Source: Octopus sinensis
Lineage: Eukaryota
Direction of reading: 5' to 3'
Assembly (NCBI RefSeq): GCF_006345805.1
Contig: NC_043008.1
Coordinates: 35,526,001 to 35,590,000, forward strand
Length of the DNA stretch: 64,000 nucleotides
Shown here: piece after piece, positions 10,202-23,586 of the stretch
How positions within the stretch are numbered: the first letter of the stretch is position 1
Layout of the letters: each line of letters begins with the position of its first letter
Notes under the pieces: generated by a model
What the model was told of the DNA's origin: nothing
Databases searched by the model: none
What the model saw: only the letters and a program-made list of their open reading frames with translations
Translations under genes and position numbers: made by a program

Positions 10202-11692
10202 ATGCCTCCGAAAAACAAGAGCACTCTTACAGAGACAGTCACCAATAAGACCATTCTAAAAGAACTCAAAGTACTCAATACACATCTACTTACATTCTCC
10301 AAAAAAATTGACGAACTTCTCCTTCAATCCCGGGACAACTCAGAAAACAACCATCATCAACAACTTTCGGATAAAATTGATGTAAACCTAACGAAATCAA
10401 CACTACACTGAAAACTCTACTTTCGGATAAGATAGATGTAAACCTAAATGAAATCAACACTACACTGAAAACTCTACTTACCAATTCAACGCCAAAGAGA
10501 CCTCAGACACCACTCAACACACCAGAAGGAACACATTTCAACCCCAGCACAACGCATTAAAACCAGATCATCACTACTTGGACTAAGAAACTACACAACA
10601 GAAAACTTCTCTTCTGGAACATGCTCAAAAACCAAAACAAAGCTGAAATTTACGACAAATGGTTAAACTCCTCCCCTATCATACTACCCCGAAAATTCCA
10701 AATCAAACACATCCCAGACGAACCTGAAAAACAACGCTCCCTAAGAGAAAAACTAACATTGGAAAAAATGAAAACCGAAGTAGAACTTCTAAAACTCAGA
10801 GCACAAAACCACGAACAAAAATCACAAAAATAGACGATGAGATACTTCTAGAACTAACCTCACACACCAACGAACAGCCCCTCGAACTTGTTATTAAACT
10901 ATGGAAAGATGAATGTGAAAAGGAAGAACGAACCTCCCTCAAACGCTGGGAAAACAACAAAGATTTCTTCCTCAACTATGAAACACAATTCATATTAAAC
11001 CATAATCCAAAAACCCATTCATAAAAGTACCCACAACACAGACTTCCACTGTACCCCATAAACACCATTCCAAACCGCACCTCAAATACACATACTCTCC
11101 AAACCCCCTCCTAACAGGACACAACCTCCCCCAACCATATAAAAAACCTTTTCCCCCCCGAAACATCTCAAACAAGACCCACCACAAAACCTGGTTTTCC
11201 AATCACTCTAACACCCCTCCCCCACGATTAGAACCTTCAAGAACCTCCCATACACTAGAAATTATCCCCCCTCAAGGCTCCCCTCCCTCACACTAATAAC
11301 AAACAAGGCATCCTACCCACACCGATACATATAAGACCCACCCAACGAACCCCCTATAGTCCACCCATCCAACAACCACATTCCTACCACACATCTCCTA
11401 CAGATCTCCAAACCCTCACATCCCACACGAACCCAATCACCACAACTACATACCCCCCTACATCCCCCCATACAATCTACCAGACACACACCCACAAACC
11501 CATCGCATTTCTCACAAATCCTTACACCATCGCATCCCATACCAACACAAATACGACAACTACCTACCCCCCTCCAACCTCCCCACCCAAAAACACTCCT
11601 ACACATACAACCAGAACTTTAACAAAGAATACACCCCTTACCTCAACAACCATTTTTTAGACAGAGGGGAAAAATACAAACACCACCGCTAA
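10202..11692 (+). pseudogene. Putative PLE ORF1: coiled-coil N-terminus plus Pro/His/Thr-rich tail, broken by indels
   Basis: ATG at 10202; duplicated LSDKIDVNLNEINTTLKTL-like unit; helical LHNRKLLFWNMLKNQNKAEIYDKWL...KMKTEVELLKLR...LWKDECEKEE segments across frameshifts; likely ends HFLDRGEKYKHHR* at 11690-11692. Confidence 0.6.
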
Positions 11693-13965
11693 CACAGACC
11701 CAAAATAAGAAAACAAAATTTATAAACCTCTCCAGCAAAACACTGACACCAACCCAAATCAACATCCTAGCAAGAGGTTTGAAATTCACACCCACCCCAG
11801 AACACCCCCACCCCCCGGAGGTCAAGGATGACGTTTCTGAATTCTGCAGAAACCTCGCCTAACAGAAGCTTTGACAGATATCAACAATGGGGACGATTCA
11901 TTGATCAGAAATAAAAGCAACTTCCTACCACCAAAAGGGAGAAATAAAACACTGGACGATTTCTGTAAACACATCCAGAGTCTCCCCTTTACCCCAAGCA
12001 AAACCAAGGTAAAATCCAATTTCAGTAAGGAAGATGGGAAAAACCTACGTGACATACAACTGGATAAAAACCTCACCATCAAAGAAGCGGACAAAGGGAG
12101 TGCTGTGGTCCTTATGGACACGGAATTTTATAAACACCTAGTGTTCTCCATGCTTAACAATAACATTTTCTATGAGGTTTATAACAACTACAAACAGCAA
12201 AAAACAATCAGAAACCTCACCACACTCATACGCCAACACGGTCAGGGACTCACAGAAAAAGAAAGGGATTATATCACCATTTTCAAATGCAAGCCCAGCC
12301 TTTTTTATGGCCTTCCTAAAATCCATAAAAACAAATACATCACCGAAGCCTGCAAACTCTCCACTGACATCCACATCAACATCAAAGCACCGGAGGACCT
12401 AAAACTAAGGCCCATCGTGGCTGGTACCTCCTGTGAAACACACCGCCTGAGTAACTTCCTAGACATCCTTTTGAAACCTTTCCTTACCCACATCAAAAGT
12501 TTCATTAGGGATGATCTGGACATGCTCAAACACCTCCCGAAAACAGTTAACGAGGAGGCACTCCTGGTATCCTTTGATGTCATCAACCTCTACACCAACA
12601 TTCCACATGAGTATGGTATAGAGGCAATTGACTTCTGGCTAGAAAAACACCCAGAGACATTCCCTGACCGCATTAACAAGTCTTTTATTACAGAATCTCT
12701 TAAGTTCATTCTGACAAACAATTTTTTTTCTCTTCGACGACACACACTACCGTCAAAAATGTGGCATTGCGATGGGTACCAAGGCTGCACCAGTCCTTGC
12801 GAACCTCATAATGGGTTACTTCGAACTGTCACTCTATGAAATATCAAGCCAGAAATTTGGACATGTTTTTCACACCTACCTAATGGAAAACTGGAAAAGG
12901 TATTTAGATGATTGTTTCATCATATGGAAAGAACCTTATGAAAAACTCCTGGAATTCAAAACCATACTAAAAACATACATCCCAACATCCAATTCACTAT
13001 GGAATTAAGCAAACATCATCTCCCATTCCTTGATCTCCTAATTATAAAACAACCTAAGAACCAAATCATAACAGACATCTACCACAAACCTACAGACTCA
13101 CAACAATACCTCCCTTTAGTTCATGCCACCCAAAACACACCAAGACAAATATCCCTTTCAATTTAGCTAAAAGGGTATGCACCATTGTCTCGGATCCAAA
13201 AACACGAGAAATACGCCTTCAAGACCTCAAAAAAACACTATTACAACGTCAATATCCCTCCACCCTTATAGAGTATGGAATAAAACGCGCCAAAGAACTA
13301 GACAACACTACACTGAAAACCACCCAACCTAACACCACACACAACCTCAAAATACTTCCATACATTTCCACCCACAACCCCAAAAATATCGAAGCATACA
13401 CCACAATCATACAAAACATCAGTCTACTGTCAACAGACCCAAATGAAAAACATTATAAATACACACACAAAATCCTCAAATGCAAAAGGCAACACAAATC
13501 TTTAAAAAACTTGACAAATGCCAAACTTCACACACCACATCCACCCCCAACAGTAAAAAAATGTGCACGCTCAAACTGTGGTACCTGCCCCTTTCTACTT
13601 GAAGGCTCTGAATTTACCTTCAAACAAGGTACGAAGTTTAAAATCAAGACTAACTTCTCCTGTTCCTCCGAGAACCTTATCTACGTTCTCACATGCGCTG
13701 GTTGCCAACATAATATGTTGGACAAACGAGTCTCCCGTTACGTAAACGAGTAACGGTGCATAAAGAACAAATAAATCTCCCGGAATACCGACAAATTCCA
13801 CTGAGTGACCACTTAGACTCATGTGCTAAAGACTTAAACCCCAAATTCTATATATTCCCCTTCTACCAATGTAAAGACGGGATCACCACACAGGAGAGAA
13901 TTAACAAGGAGAATCTCTTTATTGAAAAATTCCAAACACAACTTAATATGCAAACTCCTCGTTGA
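11653..13965 (+). pseudogene. PLE reverse transcriptase + GIY-YIG endonuclease (frameshifted)
   Basis: FINLSSKTLT..ILARGLKFTPTP; IKEADKGSAVV; FYGLPKIHK; LRPIVAG; SFDVINLYTNIP; GIAMGT..AP.LANL; RYLDDCF; YHKPTD; CARSNCGTC; NLIYVLTCAGC..YVGQT..LRKR..H. Confidence 0.95.
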
Positions 13966-14596
13966 TCAAACTTCCTTTCTCTACCTCACTCTTCATGGAT
14001 GGACTAACACAAATATATAAAGATACCATGCATTCATCACTTCAAGCTAAAACTTATATTCTTTAAATATCATTTTTACTATTGTTGTTATTACTATCAT
14101 TTTTATTATAAATGATATGACAATTTGAAATGCAATTGTCTATGCAGATTTATATTATTAGAAAATATAAAATAAAGTGTTAAAATCTGAAAGTTAAGTT
14201 AACAAGCAATTATATAAAAAAGATAATGCAAATGAAGCTAAAATGATAGTTTTATAATTTTGGGTTTTATTGAAGAACTCAAAAGAGTTGTCTCCCCTTA
14301 CTCACAACACAGGAACTGAAGAACCAGGACCACAATTACTACTACTTCCTGTCCTGCAACATGCTGAATTTAACAACACAACACATCACATGCTCTTAAT
14401 CCCTTTGGATCTTAACACCTCAAGGTAATTTTTTGGTAAACAACCATAAAACTCAAGATACACAACGAACTCACAATGTATCGGAGAACTTATTTTTTAA
14501 TTTTTGTACATTTTTATCATTATTCTTTTACAAAAAACAATGCAATTTTCTTTTTTTCCCCTTTCTAATTTTTAAAAAAACTTCTTAAAACATAAA

Positions 14597-14637
14597 TATT
14601 CTTGACAAGTCATACAATGACGAAAACCGGTTGAATA
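14597..14637 (+). ncRNA. Hammerhead motif in 3' pLTR (U3-A8 variant)
   Basis: Identical to 9994-10034. Confidence 0.7.
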
Positions 14638-14791
14638 AATATATATTTATATATTTTATCATTTTCTCATTTTATTAAAATTTTCTTTCATTTGAGCATT
14701 CTGCATTTTTAAAAAAAATTTTCCCTTACTTATCATTTCTCCACGTGCGGTCAACACAACCCCACCATTTATTGATCTATATACATATATA

Positions 14792-15810
14792 TTGAACTTC
14801 TGTGCCAATTCATCTCTTTCCTTTCCAACTTTCACCCCTCTCTTCAATTCACCTCCACCATCTCCAACACCTCTGTCAACTTCCTTGACATCTCTCTCCG
14901 CATCGATCAACCCCTCCAGCTCTCTCACCACAACCGCCTTTTTTAAACCTACGGATTCCCACCTCTATCTCAACTTCTCTTCCTCCCACCCCTTCCACAC
15001 CAAACGAGCCATCCCCTACTCCCAGTTCCTCCGCCTCCGACGTTTGTGCAGCCGCGACCAGGATTTCGAGACCCAATCTCAATACCTGGCCCGCATGTTC
15101 AGACTCCGAGGTTACCCACCCATACTCCTCTCTGATGCCCTCACCCGCGCCCGTCGCATCGACCGCACTACCGCCCTGTCTCCTTCCCCCCGCCCACCCC
15201 CCAACCACACCCACTTCCCCCTCCTTTTCCACCCCTGTACCCTACCCCTTCGTCGCAAGATACTACGTGCCTTCCGTCGCCTCCTGCTTGATCCCACCAC
15301 CCGCCCCATTTTCCCTAACCTACCCCTGTCCTCTTTCAAACGAGCCCGCAATCTGCGTGACCTCCTGGTCCACAGCACCCTCTCTCCTTCCCCCCTCAGC
15401 CCCACACGGATCATTCCCTTGCTCTAGATCCCGCTGCAACACTTGCCCCTTCATCACCAACACCACCGCTGTCACCGGCTCCAACCTGCACACTGTACGC
15501 ATTAGGCACTCTTTTACGTGCACCTCGTCTGGCCTTATTTACTGCATTAAATGCAACCTATGCGGGATGCTGTATGTAGGACAGACGGACGCCGGTTGTC
15601 CGACCGTTTCACTGAACACTTGAGGGACGTTCGCCTACACTCTCTTTCTCCCGTCGCACGCCACTTCCGCTCGGCCGGCCATTCCCTAGATGGCATCTCA
15701 GTGTTTCTCGCCCCCCCCCATGGTCGCCCACTTTCCAGGCTCCACTTGGAGCAACGCTACATCTTCACCCTAAAACTACCACCCCACACGGACTTAACAC
15801 AGCCCCCTCC
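14792..15810 (+). pseudogene. PLE RT thumb + Cys linker + GIY-YIG remnant
   Basis: FFKPTDSHLYLNFSSSHPFHTKRAIPYSQFLRLRRLCS; CSRSRCNTCPF; FTCTSSGLIYCIKCNLCGMLYVGQT; RRLSDRFTEHL; RLHLEQRYIFTL. Confidence 0.93.
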
Positions 15811-18747
15811 TCTTGAGATCCGTTTTTTTTTTTTTTTTTGGACACACCACCCACACACACACACCCACCTACCTCCCACACGCACACAGCCACCCACCTA
15901 CCTCCCACACACACACACCCACCTACCTCCCACACGCCTGTTCACACACACACATACGTAGACCCATCTACGTACATACATTCACACATTTAATCACACA
16001 ACTTACAGACATACTAGCACACCTAACATACAAACCAACATGCACATACACACACACATACATACATACGCACACAACATACTTACACACACACACACAC
16101 ACACACACAGACATCATACACACATACACACACACATACATACGCACATACATACACACACACTCACACACACACACCGCACGTACATACTTCACACACA
16201 CACACATGCAAACATACATATAGGCACATACATACATACATACCCACACATGCACACCCTTACACTGAATGCAACATACATACACCTTTTTGCATCCAGG
16301 CAGCCCCCCCTCTTTTCTGCTTTCCGGTTTTGGCTGATGGATCCTCGGTTCCCGCGTAGCGGGGCGTTCGAGGGCCTTTGCGCTCGCGCGCCTTGGCGCG
16401 CACTGGGGGCTTGGTCGGCCCTTGGGCTTGCGTTGTACTGCTTGTGCGTTGTGTGCGTGAGCGCGCTTCGTGTGTGTGGGCTTGCTTCGGATGTGCGCGT
16501 GCGTATGTATGCATACATACCCACACACTCGCATGCATCCCTACCCACATACATACACGCACACCTACTCACACACACATACCTGCACCACACACACACA
16601 TACATACATACACATACATACCTACTTCAGACATACACACACACAGACATACACCCATACACTCACACTCACACGCATACACACACACGCATACACACGC
16701 ACACGTACACATACACACACACACACAACCTACATACATACATTACACTTGTATACACACACACTTACATTCATACACACACACACCTACACAGCCATAC
16801 CCTCACTCAGACACACACATCTACCTACACACACACATCTACCTACACACACACACAAACACACACGGACACACACCCATACATACATACATCTACACAC
16901 ACACGCCTACACACATACATACACACATACATAAATACACACACATACACATATACACACATACGCACACACACATATACTTATACACATGCACACACAC
17001 ACATACATACATACACCCATACATACACACACACATACCCACATACTCCTATACGCACATACATACACACAGACATACACACATACACACTCACACAAAC
17101 ATACACACACTCATACTTACACACACACTCACCTGCACGCGCACACACATGCATGACAAACCCCATACACTCACACTCACATACGCACACACCAACATAA
17201 ACACGCACACGCACACACACACCTACACTCCCACACACATACACACGCACCTACATACACACACGCACGCATACACACGCATACACACATACATTACACA
17301 CGTACACACACACCTACATACACATGCATACACACACACACACACACAAACATGCACGGACACACCCAGACATACACACATACACCTATATACACACGCC
17401 CACACACCTACATACACACCACATATAACACACGCCCACACACCTACATACACACACATACATACACACACATACACGGACACACCCATACATACTTACA
17501 TACATACACCTATAAACACACGCCTACACACCTACATACACACACATGCATACACACACACACATGTACGCACATACACACACATATACGCACATACATA
17601 TATACCCACACACATGCACACACACACACATACGCACATGCATGCATGCATGCACACGCGCACACCTACACGCATACACACACAACGCCACGTACACATA
17701 CATACATACACACACGCATACATACACCCTACACATACATGCATCCTACACACACATACATACACACTCACACATACATACACACACACACACTCACTCA
17801 CACACCTGTATGTACGCGCACACACATGCACATACACACACTTCCCCACACCCACACGTACATACATACACACTCACACACATACACACACACACACACA
17901 CACGGACATACATCTATGCACACACATACATACACACATACTCACATACATTCATCGGACACACTGCCACCCAGACATACACACAGACACACTCACACAT
18001 ACATACTTACGCGCATACTCGCAGGCGCGCGCACACACGCGCTTGCGCCGGTTCGCGCACGCATACGCGCCGCAGGCACCTCGCTCTTGGACCCGACGAG
18101 ACCTCCCGCCCGTTCCTGGGACCGTCGCGTGTCGTTGGGTTTTCCCACGCCCGTCTCCGCGGGACCACTCTTCCATCTTCCCCTCAGCTGGAGTCCTTTT
18201 CCTTACCCCCCCTTTTTCGTTACACACACGCGCACACATATACACACATTGCTTAAATATATACATTACTCTTACACACATTCAATCTACTCGCCATTAA
18301 TACCACCACGACCTGACAACACACACACACACTACTACTCAACACACGCTGGCACGCTACATACGCCCCCACCCCTTCCCCTCCCTCCCTTCCTCCTTCC
18401 TTCTTTTCTACTACTACTGACCTTGTCTGCTAAGCTGACCACTAGTCTCGCCTACCTCACACGCCTACACACAGACGCACACACTAACACACACATATAT
18501 TTTTTTGTTTTTTCATCTCGCCTCACACACCCACATACACCATACACACACGCACACTCACACACTCACACACACACACATCTGTTGCGTTACCAACTTG
18601 TCTCCACTCTTTTGCCTTTAAAAACCCACTTTGCTCTTGTTATCGTAAACATCCGCCTTTCACCATGTGCAACTCGTAAACACCAGTCGTCTTTTTTCTC
18701 TTCCCTGTTGCCCGCTCTGGGATCTTTCTTCCTCTCTCTTCCTTCTT

Positions 18748-18785
18748 TATGTTTCCGACGAAGAGCTCCGCTCGAAACGTCATAC
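18748..18785 (+). ncRNA. Degenerate minimal hammerhead motif
   Basis: CCGACGA-A-GAG ctccg CTC-GAAA-CG-TC (ACGT palindrome at stem III, GUC triplet); stem I poor. Confidence 0.6.
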
Positions 18786-19816
18786 CCCCTGCTTCCATTA
18801 CCTGAGCGCCTATTAATATAATACTGTAATTGTTCCATTTTGTTGTTGTTTTTTTGTTTCCCGTTTGGATTAAAATTATATATATATGTACATATATATA
18901 CATAATATATATTATATACATAATATATATACATATATATATATTATATATACATATATATATATACATATATATATATATATGTAATATATATATATAT
19001 ATATATATATATCTATATATATATATATATATATATACATAATACCCATTATATATATATATAACATATATAATACATACATATATATACATACATATAT
19101 AATACATACATACGTATATTTATACATACTTATATTTACATGCAAAAATATGTATAGAATATACGATCTTGAGATTGGAGTGTAGAATGTTTGTAAGCTT
19201 CAAACCGTGGGCGGCTGGTATAGATAACGAAATTGGACTGTATGTGATAAGATAAAATAAGAAATTATTGGCGTCGAGAGTTACATATTTTTTCCTATAT
19301 CGAAGTTACCAAAAATTTCGATAACCTGATAGTTTTTTTACAACTTTCTCTTTGTATCTAATGCTAAAACTGCGAATAAAATCCAAACTTTAAAGGAGTG
19401 CAACAGGTAATATGTAACTACATATGTGTCTTAACTAACTGAAGTCTATTACGTAAGTGTTATGTATTTAATTGGTCTAACCCCCCTTTTTAACCCCTCT
19501 CTCTCTCTCTCTTTCTCTTTCTCTCTCTCTCTCTATATATATATGCATTTATGCATATGCGTGTGTTTCTGTGTATGTGTGTGAGGTGAGTATATATATG
19601 TATATATGTATGTGAGTGCTTACCTTGTGTGTGCGTGTACGCGTGTATAAAAGTGATCATATTGAGTAGATATATATTATATATATATATATATATATAA
19701 TTTTAAAATAGGATAAAATCTTAATAAGAAATTATCAGGTAGTTAGCGTGAAAAACCTCATAAGAAAAAAAATCTGTAAATTTTTTTCACTTGAAAATAT
19801 TTATTTATATTATATA

Positions 19817-20156
19817 GAGGGCAATATTACACATAAATGCCACACGCTAGGAGGGACTTTTAAAGTCATAATTACCAAAAATAAACAAATCGTACCGAAT
19901 GCAATTCTCGAAACGAGACATTTAAAAACAGAATTTAGTTCCAGATCACCTGTGATTTCGCAATTAACGTATTATCTACGTCTCTTGCTCCTCAGTGAAA
20001 CGAATTCAAAATATATCATGAATGAACAAAACCAACATATCAGGCGGAACCAGACAGGCAACCGTCACCTGCATTCGGTACCATTTGTTTATTTTTGGTA
20101 GTTATGACTTTAAAAGTCCCTCCTAACGTGTGGCATTTATGTGTAATAATGCCCTC
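19817..20156. mobile_element. MITE with ~85-bp TIRs, GAG...CTC termini, TATA flanks (possibly Sola-like)
   Basis: GAGGGCAATATTACACATAAATGCCACACG...CCGAATGCA mirrored at the right end with ~4 mismatches; superfamily guessed from termini only. Confidence 0.85.
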
Positions 20157-20999
20157 TATATAATATATATATATGTAGACATATGTGGGCATAAATATTT
20201 ATTTTTCTTTTTCTATTTTATTGTTTGTAAATGTATTTGCGTGTATGTATGCTTACGTATGCACATGTCAGTATGCGTATGTACGTGTATGTGTAAGTAT
20301 GTATGTTTATGTATGTACTTACATATCGACATGTAATAGTTATTCTTAAATGTGTGGGTACCTGTGTGTGTGGTCATAAACATCCACTTGCTTATCTATT
20401 CTGAAGTATACTTATATGTGTGTATCTTTGTGTGTATGTATGTCTGTATGTATGCATCTATATTTTATGTATATACACATGCATGTGTATCGGCCGGCTT
20501 TTTTCTCTAGGATTTGACCTTTGCCCCGGTGTCTATTTGCTCATAAGTTGGGAGACAGCACACTAGGAGTCCAATAATCTATCTCAACATATTTTGATAA
20601 GCTTTTATTGCCTGAATGTCTACTCACCACTTCCCAAGAATAACAGCAAATTTCCTTTCCTTCTCTCTCCCTCTCTCACTCTCTCCTTTTCAATTCCACC
20701 TTGCGCTAAAACATTCATTGGTTGTTTAAACTTGCTTTCTTTGTTTTGTTTTGTTTTGTTGTTTTTTTTTATTGTTTTTTTTGTTATTGAATTTTCTTCT
20801 CATTTCTAATTCCTGGCCGGAATATAAACTTGATTGAGGTAATTTCAGCCTGAAGATTAGCTACGGTCTGAGGAGTTCATTAGGTAATACTTTTGCAACG
20901 AGATTAGGCTAGTTAAGAAACATATGTAGCTTACATATTACCTGTTCCATTCCTTTAAAATTTGGAAATATATATATATGTGTGTGTGTGTGTTTGTAT

Positions 21000-21035
<36 letters not shown>

Positions 21036-21037
<2 letters not shown>

Positions 21038-21826
21038 AAGACAGGTGTATAAACAGCAAGCTGGTGTAAAAGTTTGACGCTCAGGAAAGTGAGAAAGTAT
21101 TTTATGTTTCGAGCCTACGCTCTTCAACAGAAAAGAACACGAAATAAATAAACAGAGAGAGAATAAAACAAGTCGTGAATTCAGCGATCAATCATGGCAA
21201 CTGGTTAGAAAAGGTAGTTGGAAAGGAGATAGGAAGAAGGGGAGATAATAAAGTACTAGTAATCCCAAAACGAAGGCGCACGTGCGTGTGTGTTTCTGAG
21301 AGTATGTAAGTGCGTGCGTGTGAATAGGGGCTACTGAGTTTGATATGTGGATGTGTACGTGTGAGTGTGTGGACGATGGTGTGTGGGTGTGTGGATAATG
21401 GTGTATAGATATGCAGATAATGGAGTGTGGTGTAGGTGCTGTAGAGTGGTCTATGCTAGTATCTGAGTGCTGTGGGGTGGTGGATTGTGGTGTGGTAGAG
21501 TGGTGGTGTGTGGTGTAGTGTGGCTGTGAGACTGTGAGGGTGAGGTGTGGGTTTGGGGTGAGGATGTGGTGGAGGGATGTGGGGTGGGGGTGGAGACGGG
21601 GTATGTGGAAATGGGATATGAGGAGGAAAGGTGTGAATGGAGGGATATCACTGAAGAGAGAAGGTGGATAGGAGTGAAGAGAGGAAGTAGGTTTTAGATG
21701 GAAAGAGGAAGAGAGTCAGATGAAGAGGGGAGGGGAGGGGAGCCCATGGGGCGCAAAGGAGCCAAGAGAGAAGATCAATACTTGTTCACGGCGAAGGCGG
21801 GAGTCCAGATGGCCCCTGTGCAAAGA
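21036..21826 (-). mobile_element. 5'-truncated PLE: GIY-YIG C-terminus, CA-rich UTR, hammerhead, tail into (CA)n
   Basis: Minus 21826-21737 translates SLHRGHLDSRLRREQVLIFSLGSFAPHGLP (R..REQ..I..L....P.GL signature); hammerhead-like motif at 21100-21134. Confidence 0.8.
21100..21134 (-). ncRNA. Degenerate minimal hammerhead motif
   Basis: TTTT-CTGTTGA-A-GAGC gtag GCTC-GAAA-CA-TA-AAA. Confidence 0.6.
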
Positions 21827-22760
21827 CAATCAGAACACACAAACAATCTGTAAACTCTATTTCTACAACCATCTTTGTAAATATCAGCATTCAGCCATTT
21901 ATTTTTCTCTGTCTGAAATTTGACGCTATATAGTTGTACTTAAATAGTTCACACCTGGCATGCAAGTAAAAATAACTGTTAATAGAATGTAAAGTTATAT
22001 ATGAACGTAAATAAATATTCACTCTAACTCTGCAAGTATTTTTATATACATCCATACACATACGTATCTCTAAATGTGAGAATCGTGCTTAAAAGTAGTT
22101 CGCAATTGATATGGAAACAAAAATAAATCATCATATTTTTTTCTCTACTTTCATTGGATTTTAGTTATTAGACTGTGACCGTGCTGGAGTGACATATTTA
22201 AGAGTTTTCATTAAATATATCAACCTCAACCTTTTATTTAGTTTTATTGACCCTCCTCTCCATTGAAATACGATGAGTAGCCATTTTGGCATAAAGGATT
22301 TATTGGTCGCGACTGCACAAGTACGTAAACTAACAATCAAAAACGTGATACTCGCTTATAAGTGACGGTTAAGCTTTTTTTTTCACTCTCTATCGTCTGC
22401 TCTATTACAAAGTAATGATTAAACTAAAATACATACTCCATTTCTAAGAAATAGTATTTTCTGTTGGGTTTTTTGTTACTTTGTCGATTTTACTTTAATC
22501 TTCTGAGAACAAAATTTGTAATTTATAAACAAGTGAACTGCAGAAAATCTATTACTGACTGGCTATTAATGTTGTTGTTGTTGTTGGTGTTGTTGTTGTT
22601 GTTGTTGTTGTGATTTTTCTCGATCTTTACTTTTCAATTCTTTTTTTCTGACTTGCTTCATCTTCTTCTCTGTATTCTATACTCCCTACCACTGCTGTTA
22701 CGTTTTTACAATTACTACTCCCACTACTGCTACTGCTGTTACTACTACTGCTACTGCTGT

Positions 22761-22816
<56 letters not shown>

Positions 22817-22851
22817 TTACTACTACTACTACTGAAATAATAATATTAATA

Positions 22852-22898
<47 letters not shown>

Positions 22899-23192
22899 TC
22901 GTTGTTCCAATTTATCAAAGGAGTGTTCTAGAACATTCTAAACAAGACTCAATAAGATTTCCAAGTGAAACAATGACGCCTCCACCACCACCACCAACAA
23001 CAACAACAATAGCACCATCAACATCATCACTACCATCATCTTCATCAAAAAACAACAACAATAAATATCTTTCTCGCTTAATTACATAAGTTTGCTATAA
23101 AAATAAAACGAAACAAAAATCGCATCTCACCTACCTTTGCTTGATTGAAATAATATGGTAAAATAAACAAACATATATACATACATACATAC

Positions 23193-23226
<34 letters not shown>

Positions 23227-23302
23227 ATGTGTGTGTGTGTGTGTGTTTGTCTGTGTGTGTATGGATGTATATATATATATATATACATACATATATAGAG
23301 GT

Positions 23303-23333
<31 letters not shown>

Positions 23334-23488
23334 TACATATATACATTTATATAATACATATATATATGCATTCATACATACATATATATATGTATATACA
23401 TACGCACATATACACCCACCCCCACATATATATATATATATACACATACATATATATATATACACATACGCACATATACACCCACCCC

Positions 23489-23586
<98 letters not shown>

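Larger units (their letters stand above)
9908..14778 (+). mobile_element. Near-full-length Penelope-like retroelement (Neptune-type) with direct pseudo-LTRs
   Basis: ~265-bp near-identical direct repeats at 9908-10173 and 14510-14778; RT, Cys linker and C-terminal GIY-YIG inside; both ends in (TA)n. Confidence 0.95.
14791..18877 (+). mobile_element. Second, 5'-truncated PLE (C-rich family) with long CA-rich 3' region, hammerhead and tail
   Basis: Coding remnant 14792-15810, CA-rich 15840-18580, hammerhead-like 18748-18785, T-rich tail ending in (TA)n; unity of the whole span inferred from the same layout at 21036-21826. Confidence 0.75.

Noticed and set aside
12710-12730. T-run frameshift inside the PLE RT as programmed recoding
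   Set aside because: It falls between RT motifs A and B among several other indels; best explained as decay or homopolymer error.
16040-18821. Long ORFs of 386, 640 and 489 aa (His/Thr-rich)
   Set aside because: Overlapping open frames arise because CA-rich sequence lacks stop codons; no domain content.
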